Shown here piece after piece: positions 12,991 to 24,889 of a DNA stretch of 64,000 nt. This stretch comes from Octopus sinensis (taxonomy: Eukaryota): positions 23,250,001 through 23,314,000 of the forward strand of contig NC_043020.1 in NCBI RefSeq assembly GCF_006345805.1, read 5' to 3'. Position 1 is the stretch's first letter. Each line of letters starts with the position of its first letter. The position numbers were made by a program, and so were the translations under genes. The notes under the pieces are model-generated. The model ran no database searches. It worked only from the letters and a program-made list of their open reading frames with translations, and was not told where the DNA came from.

Positions 12991-13707
12991 TGATGAACAT
13001 GGTGTTTACAAGCATTTATTCTGCTAGAAATAACAGCCAAATGTTTCAAATGATATTCTACACATAACATAAAACAGTACATATGGGAGTAATGTAACCT
13101 TAGATACGTTATGCCTAAAAAAATCAGACTATATTGCCATAATTGGATTGTCTTCTTTTATAAATATATCTGAGCAGGTTTAAGTTAGAACTAAACACCA
13201 ACAAGTTTTCACATTTCTTTCGTGTTGCAGAACCTGCTAGAAATAGCAGTTAAATCTCCCTCATCTTCCGCCCTAACGTCCCCCCTCCACCAAATAAATA
13301 AAAGCAATGTTACATTTTCTGTTCCTGTCCGAAATAAATGCAAAATTTCTGAAAATAATTAGGACGGTCATGGTTGGAATGCCGTTATTTAATACATATG
13401 GTATTTGTGAATACAAAGTTCGTTAGTGCTAGATTTACATGGAAGTAGTTATTAGTACTCTACATTTCTTACGACGACAGTGACAAGGGAGAGTCTATGT
13501 AACTTTGGCGGAACAAATATCAAAGGGGATGTATTTCTTAGTATTCTGTTAGAGAATGAAGGGTTGCAACTTGGACACTCTTAGGATTTCAGGGCTGCAG
13601 GGAGTTGTGAGAAAATTTTTCGTAGATTGCATTCTTAGCCAGAATTCTTGACACAGAGTGCTTTCTGCTGATGTCAGCCAAATGCCGGATGGTACTAAAA
13701 CGGGTAA

Positions 13708-13943
13708 GGCGGCGAGCTGGCAGAAACGTTAGCACACCGGGCGAAATGCTTAGCGGTATTTCATCTGCCGTTACGTTGTGAGTTCAAATTCCGCCGAGGT
13801 CGACTTTGCCTTTCATCCTTTCGGGGTCGATAAATTAAGTACCAGTTACGCACTGGGGTCGATGTAATCGACTTAATACCTATGTCTGTCCTTGTTTGTC
13901 CCCTCTGTGTTTAGCCCCTTGTGGGTAATAAAGAAATAGGTAT
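13708..13943 (+). mobile_element. SINE family B, full length, with 10-bp target-site duplication
   Basis: A-box-like TGGCAGAAACGTTAG, B-box GAGTTCAAATTC, central CCTTTCATCCTTTCGGGGTCGATAAATTAAGTACCAG. TSD TAAAACGGGT at 13696-13705 and 13944-13953. Confidence 0.92.
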
Positions 13944-14111
13944 TAAAACGGGTGACGGATTAAGCGTATTATGTCTGAATGTTTTCGATTCCCATGCGTT
14001 GTCCGGCGAGTGGCAGGAATATTTTCTCATGGTTCTAGCATTCTTTCGATTTTGATATTGGATCGAAGCTGGCTGGATATTCATGGAGAGCTGTGCTCCA
14101 CTCTGTTTTAC

Positions 14112-14178
14112 CTAAATTTGGTTGTCGCTGGATTTGAACACGTGTAAGACTTGAACCAACGAAGAGTGCTACCTATGT
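14112..14178 (-). CDS. Candidate internal exon (67 nt): IGSTLRWFKSYTCSNPATTKF
   Basis: CTATTTTTTGCAG|acceptor, TAG|GTAAAA donor, single open frame with a stop immediately past the donor. Confidence 0.3.
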
Positions 14179-14328
14179 CTGCAAAAAATAGCAGATAAAT
14201 TTTGATCAAATGCGAATCTATTGATAAAAAATGAAAACAAATAAAATAAAGACGTTGGATAATGTGCCAATGTCCCTATGTGAAGTCTTTTAAGCAATAA
14301 GAGGGATTATTATTATTCTTGTTGTTAG

Positions 14329-15065
14329 GCGGCCAACTGGTAGAATCGTTAGCACACCGGGCGAAGCGCTTAGCGATATTTCGTCTGCCGTTAGGTTCTG
14401 AGTTCAAATTCTGCCGAGGTTGACTTTGCCTTTCGTCCTTTCGGGGTCGATAAATTAAGTACCAGTTACGCACTACCGATATAATCGACTTAATCCCTCT
14501 GTCAGTCTTTGTCCCCTCTGTGTTTAGCCCCTTGTGGGCAATAAAGAAATAAGAATCGTTAGCACGACGGTCGAAATGGGGTCGACATAATCGATTTAAT
14601 CCCTCTGTCAGTCTTTGTTTGTCCCCTTGAGGGCAATAAGAAATAAGAATTATTAGCACGAAGGTCGAAATACTTAGCTGTATTTCGTCTGCCGTTACCT
14701 TCTGAGTTCAAATTTCCGCCGAGGTCGACTTTGCCTTTCATCATTTCGGGGCCGATAAATTAAGTACCAGTTACGCACTGGGGTCGATATAATTGATTTA
14801 ATCCCTCTGTTAGTCTTTGTTTGTCTCCTCTGTGTTTAGCTCCTTGTGGGCAATAAAGAAATAAGAATCGTTAGCACGAAGGCCGAAAAACGGTATTTCG
14901 TCTACCGCTACGTTCTGAGCTCAAATTCTGCCGAGGTCGACTAAGCCTTTTAACCTTTCGGGGTCGATTAAATAAGTACCAGTACGCACTGGGGTCGATG
15001 TAATCGACTTAATCCATTTGTCTGTCCTCTTTTATTTAGCACCTTTTGGGCAATAAAGAAATAAG
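14329..15065 (+). mobile_element. Head-to-tail cluster of about 4 SINE B copies (full and truncated)
   Basis: Repeated bodies joined at AAAGAAATAAGAATCGTTAGCAC junctions. Confidence 0.85.
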
Positions 15066-15070
15066 AAACA

Positions 15071-16027
15071 TTAGCAAAGGCGGCGAACTGGCAGAATCGT
15101 TAGCAAAGGCGGCGAACTGGCAGAATCGTTAGCAAAGGCGGCGAAGTGGAAGAATCGTTAGCAAAGGCGGCGATTTGGCAGAATCGTTAGCAAAGGCGGC
15201 GAACTGGTAGAATCGTTAGCAAAGGCGGCGAAGTGGAAGAATCGTCAGCAAAGGCGGCGAACTGGTAGAATCGTTAGCAAAGGCGGCGAACTGGTAGAAT
15301 CGTCAGCAAAGGCGGCGATTTGGCAGAATCGTTAGCAAAGGCGGCGAACTGGTAGAATCGTTAGCAAAGGCGGCGAACTGGTAGAATCGTCAGCAAAGGC
15401 GGCGATTTGGCAGAATCGTTAGCAAAGGCGGCGAACTGGCTGAATCGTTAGCAAAGGCGGCGAAGTGGAAGAATCGTTAGCAAAGGTGGCGAACTGGTAG
15501 AATCGTTAGCAAAGGCGGCGAACTGGCAGAATCGTTAGCAAAGGCGGCGAAGTGGAAGAATCGTTAGCAAAGGTGGCGAACTGGCAGAATAGTTAGCAAA
15601 GGCGGCGAACTGGTAGAATCGTTAGCAAAGGCGGCGAAGTGGAAGAATCGTTAGCAAAGACGGTGATTTGGCAGAATCGTTAGCAAAGGCGGCGAACTGG
15701 TAGAATCGTTAGCAAAGGCGGCGATTTGGCAGAATAGTTAGCAAAGGCGGCGATTTGGCAGAATCGTTAGCAAAGGCGGCGAAGTGGAAGAATCGTTAGC
15801 AAAGGCGGCGAAGTGGAAGAATCGTTAGCAAAGGCGGTGATTTGGCAGAATCGTTAGCAAAGGCGACGAGCTGGCAGAATTGTTAGCAAAGGCGGTGATC
15901 TGGCAGAATAGTTAGCAAATGCGGCGAGCTGGCAGAATCGTTAGCAAAGGCGGTGATCTGGCAAAATTGTTAGCAAAGGTGGTGATCTGGCAGAATGGTT
16001 AGCAAATGCGGCGAGCTGGCAGAAATG
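15071..16027 (+). repeat. 29-bp minisatellite, 33 copies, derived from the SINE B 5' head (A box)
   Basis: Unit TTAGCAAAGGCGGCGAACTGGCAGAATCG. First unit at 15071, SINE body resumes at 16028; 957/29 = 33, so there is no net indel. Confidence 0.95.
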
Positions 16028-16430
16028 TTAGCACGCCGGGCGAAATGCGTAGCCGTATTTCGTCTGCCGTTACGTTCAGAGTTCAAATTCCGCCGAGGTC
16101 GACTTTGCCTTTCATCCTTTCGGGGTCGATTGAATAAGTATCAGTGACGCACTGGGGTCGATGTAATCGACTTAATCTGTTTGTCGGTCCTTGTTTGTCC
16201 CCTCTATGTTTAACCCCTTGTGGGCATGAAAAAAAAAGAATCGTTAGCAAAGGCGGTGAGCTGGCAGAATCGTTAGCACGACGGGCGAAATGATTAGTGG
16301 TGTTTCGTTTGTCTTTACGTTAAGAACTCAAATTCCGTCGAGCTCGACTTTGCCTTTCATCCTTTCGAGTCCGATAAATTAAGTACCAGTTGCATACTGG
16401 GGTCGATCTAATCGACTGCCCACCTCCCAA
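16008..16430 (+). mobile_element. Two tandem SINE B copies directly downstream of the 29-bp array
   Basis: GCGGCGAGCTGGCAGAAATGTTAGCACGCCGGGCG... full body; a second head follows at about 16250. Confidence 0.88.
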
Positions 16431-17119
16431 AATATCTTGGGCCTTGCGCTTAGAGTAGAAAAGAATATTTCAGGGTTCATATTGTTGCTGTTGTTGCTCT
16501 GGCCTTTCGCCAAAATTTAAAATCATTATTACTGTTGTTCTTGATGACCTGGCCGAATCATTGGCGCGTCGCACAATATGCTTTGTAACATTTCCTCTGG
16601 TTGTTTATACCCCCTCAAGGTTATGTTTACCTTTTCATCCTTTCGGAATCGATATATTAAAGAACCAACCAAATAATTGATTACTCTCGGCCTTCAAATC
16701 TGCTGATTTTGCGCTAAAATTTTAAACGGGTATTAAATCGTGTGATCTAGTATCATCGTTAGTGATTCGCAAAAACAATGCTTTATAGAATATTTTCTGC
16801 TACTTACGCTCTGGGTTCGAATCGCAACAACGTCAAAATTATCTCATCCTTGGGGCCCGTTCAAATAAAACACAAATTAAGTACAAGATGTCACTAAATT
16901 TATTCTGCGTCAGGAAATTGGCAGAATCGTTAGCGTGCCGGTTAAAATGCTTATCGGCTTTTCATCCGTCTTTGCGCTCTGAGCTCAAACCCCACCGAGA
17001 TCATTTTCGCTTTTTGTCCATCGTGACCGATGAAATAAGTACCAGTTATGCACTGGGGTCGATATTATCTACTAGTATCCGCTTCCAAAATGTCATGCCT
17101 TGTGCCTATAGCAGAAAAG

Positions 17120-17150
<31 letters not shown>

Positions 17151-17691
17151 GTAGTAGTAGTAGTAGTAGTAGTAGCAATAATTGTAGTAGTAGTAGTAGT
17201 AGCAAGGGCAGTAGTAGTAGTAGTATTTCAGTAGTCTATTTTATTGCGTATAATCAAGTGTAAATCTGTTTTTATGTAATATGTGCAGGGTTTTGTGTGA
17301 TATTGTTGCAAATTGTTATGTAGCCAGTCTCTTCTTCTTCTACTGCATCAGGGCATTTATTATTATCATTCTTCTTCTTCTTCTTCTTCTTCTTCTTCTT
17401 CTTCTTCTTCTATACCACTACTACTACTACTACTACTACATCCTCTTCATCTTATTTTCTTCTTGTTCATCTTTTTCTTCTACTACTACAATTACCTCTC
17501 CTTCTTCTTCATTCTTCTTCTCCTTCTTCTTCCTCTTCTCCTTCTTCTTCTCTTTCCTCTTCTTCTCCTTCCTCTTCTTCTCCTTCTTCCTCTTGTTGTT
17601 GTAGTTGTTCTTCTACTTATTCTCTTGTTCTTTTTCTCCTTATTTTTCTTCCTATTCTCCTTCACTGCTTCTTCTTATTCATTTTCTTGTA

Positions 17692-17722
<31 letters not shown>

Positions 17723-18466
17723 TTCTTCTTCTTCTTCTTCTTCTTCTCTTTTCTTCTTATTTTACTTCCTCTTCTTCTCCTTCTTCACTGCTACCTCTTG
17801 TTCTTCTTGCACTTCTTACATTTCTTCCTCATCCTCTACTTCTTCTTTTTGTCCTTTTTCTTCATCCTTTCCTTCTTCTTTTTATTCTCTTCTTCTTTTT
17901 TCTTCTTCTTTTTCATCTTCTTCTCTTCTTCTTCTTCTTCTTCTTTCTTTCTTCTTCTTCTTCTTCTTCTTCTTCTTCTTCGTTCTCTTCTTCTTCTTCT
18001 TCTTCTTTCTTCCTCTTCTCCTCTCTCTTCTTCCTCTCTCCTCCTCTCCTTTGCTCTCTCTTTCTCTCTTCTTCTTATTCTTTTCTTTCTTCTCTCCTTC
18101 TTCTTCTCTCTTCTTCTTCTCTTCTTCTTCTTCTTCTTCTTCCTTTTCTTCTCTTTCTTTCTTTCTTCTTCTCATTCTCTTCTTCGTCTTCTTCTTCTTC
18201 TCATCGTCGTCATCAGATCGTACCGTCGCGTCACCATCTTCCTTCCAGTTTCTATTCACGTTACTCTTGTTCTTGTTACTTCAAGTTATTCTTCGTCTTC
18301 TTTTCCTCCTTCCTAAGTCTCTTTCTCCACTTAATCTTCTTCGCGTTCATCATTATCATCATCAACATCACCATCATCATAGTCATCGTCATCATCATTA
18401 ATATCATCACCATCATCATCACATCATCATCACCATCATCATCACCATCATCATCACCATCATCAC

Positions 18467-18516
<50 letters not shown>

Positions 18517-18630
18517 CCATCATCACAATCATCATCATCACCATCATCATCACCATCACCATCATCATCATCATCACCATCATCACCTTTCACCATCACC
18601 GTCATCATCATCATCACCGTCTCCTCCATC
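17120..18630. repeat. Compound simple repeats: (TAT)n, (TAG)n, about 1 kb polypyrimidine (TTC/TCT)n, then (CAT)n
   Basis: Direct reading; the long S/F/L ORFs are repeat translations. Confidence 0.95.
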
Positions 18631-18840
18631 TCCTTATTTAATTTAATCACCATATATGCCGGTGCGGTAATTGATACATTATCGTAATAATGTTTGTCAT
18701 CCAGAAACACTCGAGAATTCAAAAGACTTGAGAACAAAAGAAAAAAACAACAATAAAAACAAACCAAACAACAAACAAACAAAATCAATAATCACGGCAA
18801 AGAAGGACACTTGTTGCGTACATCTCGTCGAGATTCTTAC

Positions 18841-18910
18841 AGTTTGCATGTTTCCTACTAAACTTTTCAAACGGATCGTTGCCTCATTGTCACGTTCTTC
18901 GTCTACAAAC
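18841..18910 (-). CDS. Candidate internal exon (70 nt): FVDEERDNEATIRLKSLVGNMQT
   Basis: TATCAG|acceptor (weak pyrimidine tract), |GTAAGA donor, single open frame (phase 2 to 0). Confidence 0.25.
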
Positions 18911-19114
18911 CTGATAATATTTCTTTCATAGCATTGATAGATATATTGGTGCAAACTTATCCACTGAAGATCATATATATATGTATGTATGTGTGTATAT
19001 ATGTATACATATGTATGTATATATATATATATATCTATATCTATCTACTATCTATCTATCTATCTATCTATCTACTATCTATCTATCTATCTATCTATCT
19101 ACTCTATCTATCTA

Positions 19115-19153
<39 letters not shown>

Positions 19154-19540
19154 ATATTTCGGAATGGTCATTTTGCCAGTTTAGCCAATAAAAACACACG
19201 CACTATATATTTGGTGTTACTTTGCTTCAGTGTTATTTATTTTTTACCTTAGTTCTTTCGTTTACCAGAGTTCTTTCGTATGTATATATATATACATATA
19301 TATATGCATGTATATATATACACATATATATACATATATATGCACATATATACATGCATATATATATACATGCATATATATACATACATATATATGCGTG
19401 TATATATATACAGATATATTTATACATACATATATATATATAATATATATATATATATACACACATATATATACATATATGTATACAAAATTATGCTACA
19501 TATATACATGCATATATATATACATATACATAATATATAT

Positions 19541-19589
<49 letters not shown>

Positions 19590-19646
19590 TAGATGTACTC
19601 GCATAGCAAGTAATTTGATCTGAGATCGTGTGCTGAAACGAAAACC

Positions 19647-19921
19647 ATTGCAGGCGTGGAAGGTGTTTATAAGCCATTTAGAAACACACAAAAGCCGTTC
19701 GATTCACTTCAACATTAAGTTTAATTTTGTCAAAATATTTTCGTCACTAAATCCGCGACCTGTTCACTGACAAAAATCAGAGATGCAGCACGGATTTTTG
19801 TCAGTGAACAGGTCACGGATTTTAGCGACGAATATATTTGACAAATTAAACTTAAATGTTGAAGTGAATCGAACGGCTTTTGTGTGTTTCTTAATCGCTT
19901 AAACACCTTCCACGCTGCAAT
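19647..19921. repeat. Fold-back inverted repeat, about 132-bp arms, 14-nt loop
   Basis: ATTGCAGGCGTGGAAGGTGTTT...CTGACAAAAATC / GATTTTTGTCAG...AAACACCTTCCACGCTGCAAT, with a few mismatches and indels. Confidence 0.92.
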
Positions 19922-19935
19922 ATTATATATATATA

Positions 19936-19968
<33 letters not shown>

Positions 19969-20869
19969 GATATATACAAACACACACATCACACTTTACG
20001 TATATATACACTGAGAAAAAACAAACGGCGTCATAGGTGAAAATAATCTCTATTGGTCTACCTTTGTGATTAATGTGAGACAGAATATCACACCTACTTA
20101 CCTTTTTTCTGGTCTTTTAAATACGAGAAATAATGGAAATGATTTGTTTTTTGTATGGCAAATTTCATTTATTAAATGAAACATGAAATATGCATGTTGA
20201 TCTTTGCAGATATGGCTGTGTGGTTTACAAGCTGATATTGGAACCATGTGGTTTCCAGTTCGGGCCCATTGCGCGTCATCTTGGAAAAAAATACCTTTTG
20301 TAATGCCTTTTAAATGAATATGGTATGAATGAATTTCGAAGCCCGTCATATGTGCGTGAGTGTGCGTGTGTGATTCTCTATATGTGTGTTGTGCTGATGC
20401 TGTTTGTCCGTTCATCTCGAGTGACACACGGTGTTGGCTTGATTACGCCTCAGTAAGCTAGCGCTTCGGCAATAGATATCGATATGATAGGTCGACTTGA
20501 TACAGTAGTTCAAACCTGTGCAAGTGTACGAAACATTAGTACCACACTCATACACATACGCAAATGCACAGACATGCATGCACATTTATATGTACATATT
20601 CTTCTATATAGTTATGCATATACAAATATATACATACACAAACACACACACACACACAAACACCAACACACACACACACACCACACACACACATATATAT
20701 CTATATATATATTATATATATATCTTATATTATATATATCTAATAGTTATACAAAAGCTTAACATGTCTAGATAATCGAACTATGTCACTGATATACATA
20801 CATACAGAATTATACGCATGAAACCTGTATTAAGTTAAATTAATTTTTGGCTCAAAAAGCAAAAAAGCA

Positions 20870-21240
20870 AGGCCATGTAGGGGGACATGGAGTTATGTTC
20901 ATGCAAAGAGTTCAGCCCATTTCTGGTCAAGAGAGTCTTTGAATCGAGCGGTCGTCGGCATCTTCACTATCTCGTCCAGCAGCTTATTCCACGGATCCGC
21001 AACCCGGACGGAGAAAGCCCCTATCCTTCGATTGAGATGAAATCGTCGCAGATAGAGCTTTTCAGAGTCACCCCGCAGCCGACGTTCTGGAGCAGGAGTG
21101 AAGAACAGCTCTTTCGAGAGGTAACACTTTCCGCTTATGATGTTGTGAGCAAGAATGAGATCACCACGGCGTCGTCGTTTTTCTAGAGAATAAAGGTCGA
21201 ACGTCTTCAGCCTTTCTTTATAAGACACATGTTTGAGACG
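20870..21240 (-). mobile_element. CR1-group LINE 3' fragment (ORF2 C-terminus)
   Basis: ORF 20899..21255: SYKERLKTFDLYSLEKRRRRGDLI...FSVRVADPWNKL...FKDSLD is the typical CR1 ORF2 C-terminal signature. Confidence 0.9.
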
Positions 21241-22004
21241 TGTGTGTATGTGCATGTGTGTGTGTGTGTGTTTGTGTATGTTTGTTCTCTGTTTCTATAT
21301 GTATGTGTGTACGTACATATACTTATTTATGTATGAATTTGTGTGTATATATACGTTTGTGCATTTGTGTGTGTGTGTACACATAAATATAAGCGTGTAT
21401 ATGTGTATGTCTATGAAGCGTGTGTACATATTTAATAGCACATTAACGTATATGCTAGATTCTATGTACATGTGTATAACAGCGTGAACGTCGTCAGCAT
21501 TTGGAGACCGACCTCTCTGCTTACTGTTTGAGTTTCATTGCCCGATTGATGATCGACCAAGCATGAAACTTGAAGCATTGGAGGAATAGACGGTTTTAAT
21601 TCTCATACAAAATTGATCAACCTATCGGAGGGTTTTGTTTATATGCGTATCTATTTGCCTCCGTCTATTTTTCAATCTATCTGTTTCTCTTGTGTTTATT
21701 CACTTACGTCTTTACCAGTGTATTTATTCATAAATTTACCTGTCAGTTTGTCTGTTTGACTGTCTACATCTGTATATATCTATATATCCATCGACCCATC
21801 CGTCTAACTCTGTCTCTATTTTCTCTCTCTCTCTCTCCCACTCTTTTACTCCATCTATCGATCTATTTCTTTCCTTTTCTCCCTTGCTCTCTCTCTCCCT
21901 CTCGCTCTCCCTCTCCCTCTGTCTCTTTCTACATGCATGTGTGTATACACATACACACACACACACATACATAAATACATACATATATATATATATATAA
22001 GTTA

Positions 22005-22115
22005 TACTTATTCTATCGGTCTATTTTGCCGAACCGCTAAATTACGGGGACGTAAACACACCGGCATCGATTGTCAAACGATGTTGGGCGGACAAACACA
22101 GACGCACAAACATAT

Positions 22116-22152
<37 letters not shown>

Positions 22153-22350
22153 CATACATATATATATATATATATATACATTTATACGACAGGCTTCTTT
22201 CAGTTTCCGTCTACCCTATCCACTCACATGGCTTTGGTGGGCCCGAGGTTATAGTAAAAGACACTTGCCTAAGGTGCCAAGCAGTGGGACTGAACCCGGA
22301 ACCATGTTGTTGGTAAGGAAACTGCTTACCACACAGCCACTCTTACGCCT
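22005..22350 (-). mobile_element. SINE family A
   Basis: Tail remnant, linker and head on the minus strand. Confidence 0.85.
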
Positions 22351-23371
22351 ATATATATATATATATATTAAGGTATGTAGAAAAATACAACATGGACAAG
22401 AACGTATAACTCATAGAAGACGATACAATAAACATGGACAGGACATTCGAACCCCTCAGTCTTCAGTCAAGTCAAGAACCGGATCATCGTAGTAATTCGG
22501 CTGATTAATCTTGAGATTACTAGATCACGGCCAGCCCTCCAAGAAAAACTAAGCTGGAAGCGTAGATTTCCTGGAAGAAGGATCGAATGCATACGAACAC
22601 CAGGACAGCAAAAGGGACAGATTAAAAAAAAACAAAAAACAATAATGGAATACAGAAACATGAATACAGACAGAAGCATTAACGGTGGAAAACAACAAGT
22701 GTCTTACGACTGATAACAAGCAAACAAATTTTTTTCTGGCGCATTGGAAAAAGCCTTTATAGCGGCGGACGAAGAACAACGATGTTAACACGACGAGGGT
22801 CAGGAGCTGAAAGGCAGATTTCGGCCAACAGTCACGTGACAGAGAAGAGGGAAAAGAAAAAGAAAGAGAAGCAAAGGAAAGAGGAGAGAGAGAAAAGGGG
22901 GACCAAAACGCAACAAAGAGAGAGAAGAGAGAGAAAGAAGGAATCAGAGCGGAGAAGGGATGGGCGTCGAGAATGACTGTGAGTGCAGAGAGCGAGACAA
23001 AGAAATAGGAGGGTAGTGGAAGACTAGACAAAGGATCAGAGGAAAGAGAAGATGAATAGAGAGAAGTAAAAATGAGAGAGAGAGAGAGACAAACAGAGAG
23101 TCGTACCAATTATTAAGAATATGTGTTCACATTAATGATAAAGGGGGTACGGGGCGCCTGGAATATATGTTAAGGTATGATAAATATCAAAGTGAGTTAT
23201 CAAAGTGTATCATAAGTTGAAGACGGGAAGGATGACTTCCCTTTGCAAATACTGACAGGACACAGATAGTGTGTCTATGGCCAGCTGGAGGAGTGTGTCC
23301 TCCTGGGGCTAAAATCTACAGTAGCATCCACCCTTAGGGGTTAGCCATATTGAAATGGCAAAAATACGTCA

Positions 23372-23419
<48 letters not shown>

Positions 23420-23441
23420 ACACACATCCAAATCTACTTAC

Positions 23442-23540
23442 AATAGAAAGTGATCTGTACGTACACTGGGGTCGCTGACGGAAAAGTCGTCATGTGGAAA
23501 AAATCCCGCTTCGGGATTCCTGATGGAAGGTAATTGGCTC
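23442..23540 (-). CDS. Candidate internal exon (99 nt), unidentified product
   Basis: TTATAG|acceptor and strong |GTAAGTAG donor. Two minus frames are open (ANYLPSGIPKRDFFHMTTFPSATPVYVQITFY or SQLPSIRNPEAGFFPHDDFSVSDPSVRTDHFL). GC-richer unique island. Confidence 0.3.
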
Positions 23541-24760
23541 CTATAACGTTGGAGATTTTAAAGTGTAAATTTTTCATAAATACTCTATTAAACTATTCAA
23601 ATAAAGATTATGCTATGACATGACAAATATGTAGATTCTCCATCTTTGAAAAAAAAATAAGGGTTATGATGTAACATGAGCAAAATAGACAGCTTTGTGT
23701 ATATGAAGAGGAAAACCTAATTGAAGATGACAGCTAATCTCAGTTAGAATACGACCTCGGCTAAACGTTCGCCAATACTTTATTCTCTGTCGACCTGAAT
23801 GAGCAAATTGTAATATGTTTTATAAAAAGCTATGATAACCTTAATCAGCGAAAAAATGAGATTCCTAGAGTTTTTTTTCTTACGTACAACATTTTATTGA
23901 CGCTATCAAAGCCAATTTGTCCCGCAGTATTTGATTCAATACGCAGGTTACAGATGTGGTAAACAATGAAATGTTTTCGACATGTTTATACGTGCTAAAA
24001 TATATTTCTGTCGTGGGTGCTGTAGCTGTCAACATTACTCTTAATCTAAAACCAACGTTTGGAAACGTCTGACAAAACTTCTAGTTGGGTAATTTAGCAA
24101 TTGTGAAAGTTACTGCAGCTGTGAAGAATTCTCTTATTCTAACACGAAAGTTAGGAATTATATGGCAAATCTTCTATTCGGATAATTGAGTAATTCTAAA
24201 ATTGATGCTACTGAAACTGTGAAGATTATTCTCATTCTTACACCGACCATGGCAAATATCACACAATGTTTATAATCAGTTAGTTTTGCAGTTCCAAAGA
24301 CTTCAGAGTTGATTTTTCACAGCTTGCTTTATACGCTGACAGTAAATGATGTATGTCTATTGCTAAATATTTTTCATTAAAATTAATAAGATATCGGTGT
24401 GCTAATACGTTCGATTTACTTTCCAGCACTTTAAATATTGCCGTACGTTTCAGCCAACTATTCAACCGGTAAATATACCCACTACGTAAAATCCAGCGAT
24501 AAATATCATTGGCGAATTTTCGGTGTCAATTATTTATGTCAGGATGTCAGGTTATCATCAGCTGTTAAGTTTTCGTTTGTCCTTTTTTCTCTTTGGAGTC
24601 TCGCAACACAATAAGACCACAATTCTAGGAATACATCCGCTTTCTTTTATCTTTTACTTGTTTCAGTCAATGGACCGAAGCCATACTGAACACTCACGTA
24701 AAGAACAAACTACAACCAGTACTAGATATTTTAAGTCTGTTCTCTTACATATATATATAA

Positions 24761-24802
<42 letters not shown>

Positions 24803-24857
24803 CGCAGGTGTGGCTGTTGTAGTAAGTAGGTTGCTTGCTTCCCAACCCCATGGTCCC

Positions 24858-24889
<32 letters not shown>

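Noticed and set aside
15071-16027. CRISPR-like array (29-bp repeats)
   Set aside because: Units are directly adjacent with no unique spacers, they derive from a SINE head, there are no cas genes, and the context is eukaryotic.
22438-22472. Possible hammerhead on the minus strand (CTGAAGA...CGAAT)
   Set aside because: It has GAAT instead of GAAA and no convincing stems I-III.
24280-24520. Protein-like minus ORF (LNSWLKRTAIFKVLESKSNVLAHRYLINF...)
   Set aside because: No recognisable motif and no flanking splice signals; compatible with chance in AT-rich DNA.
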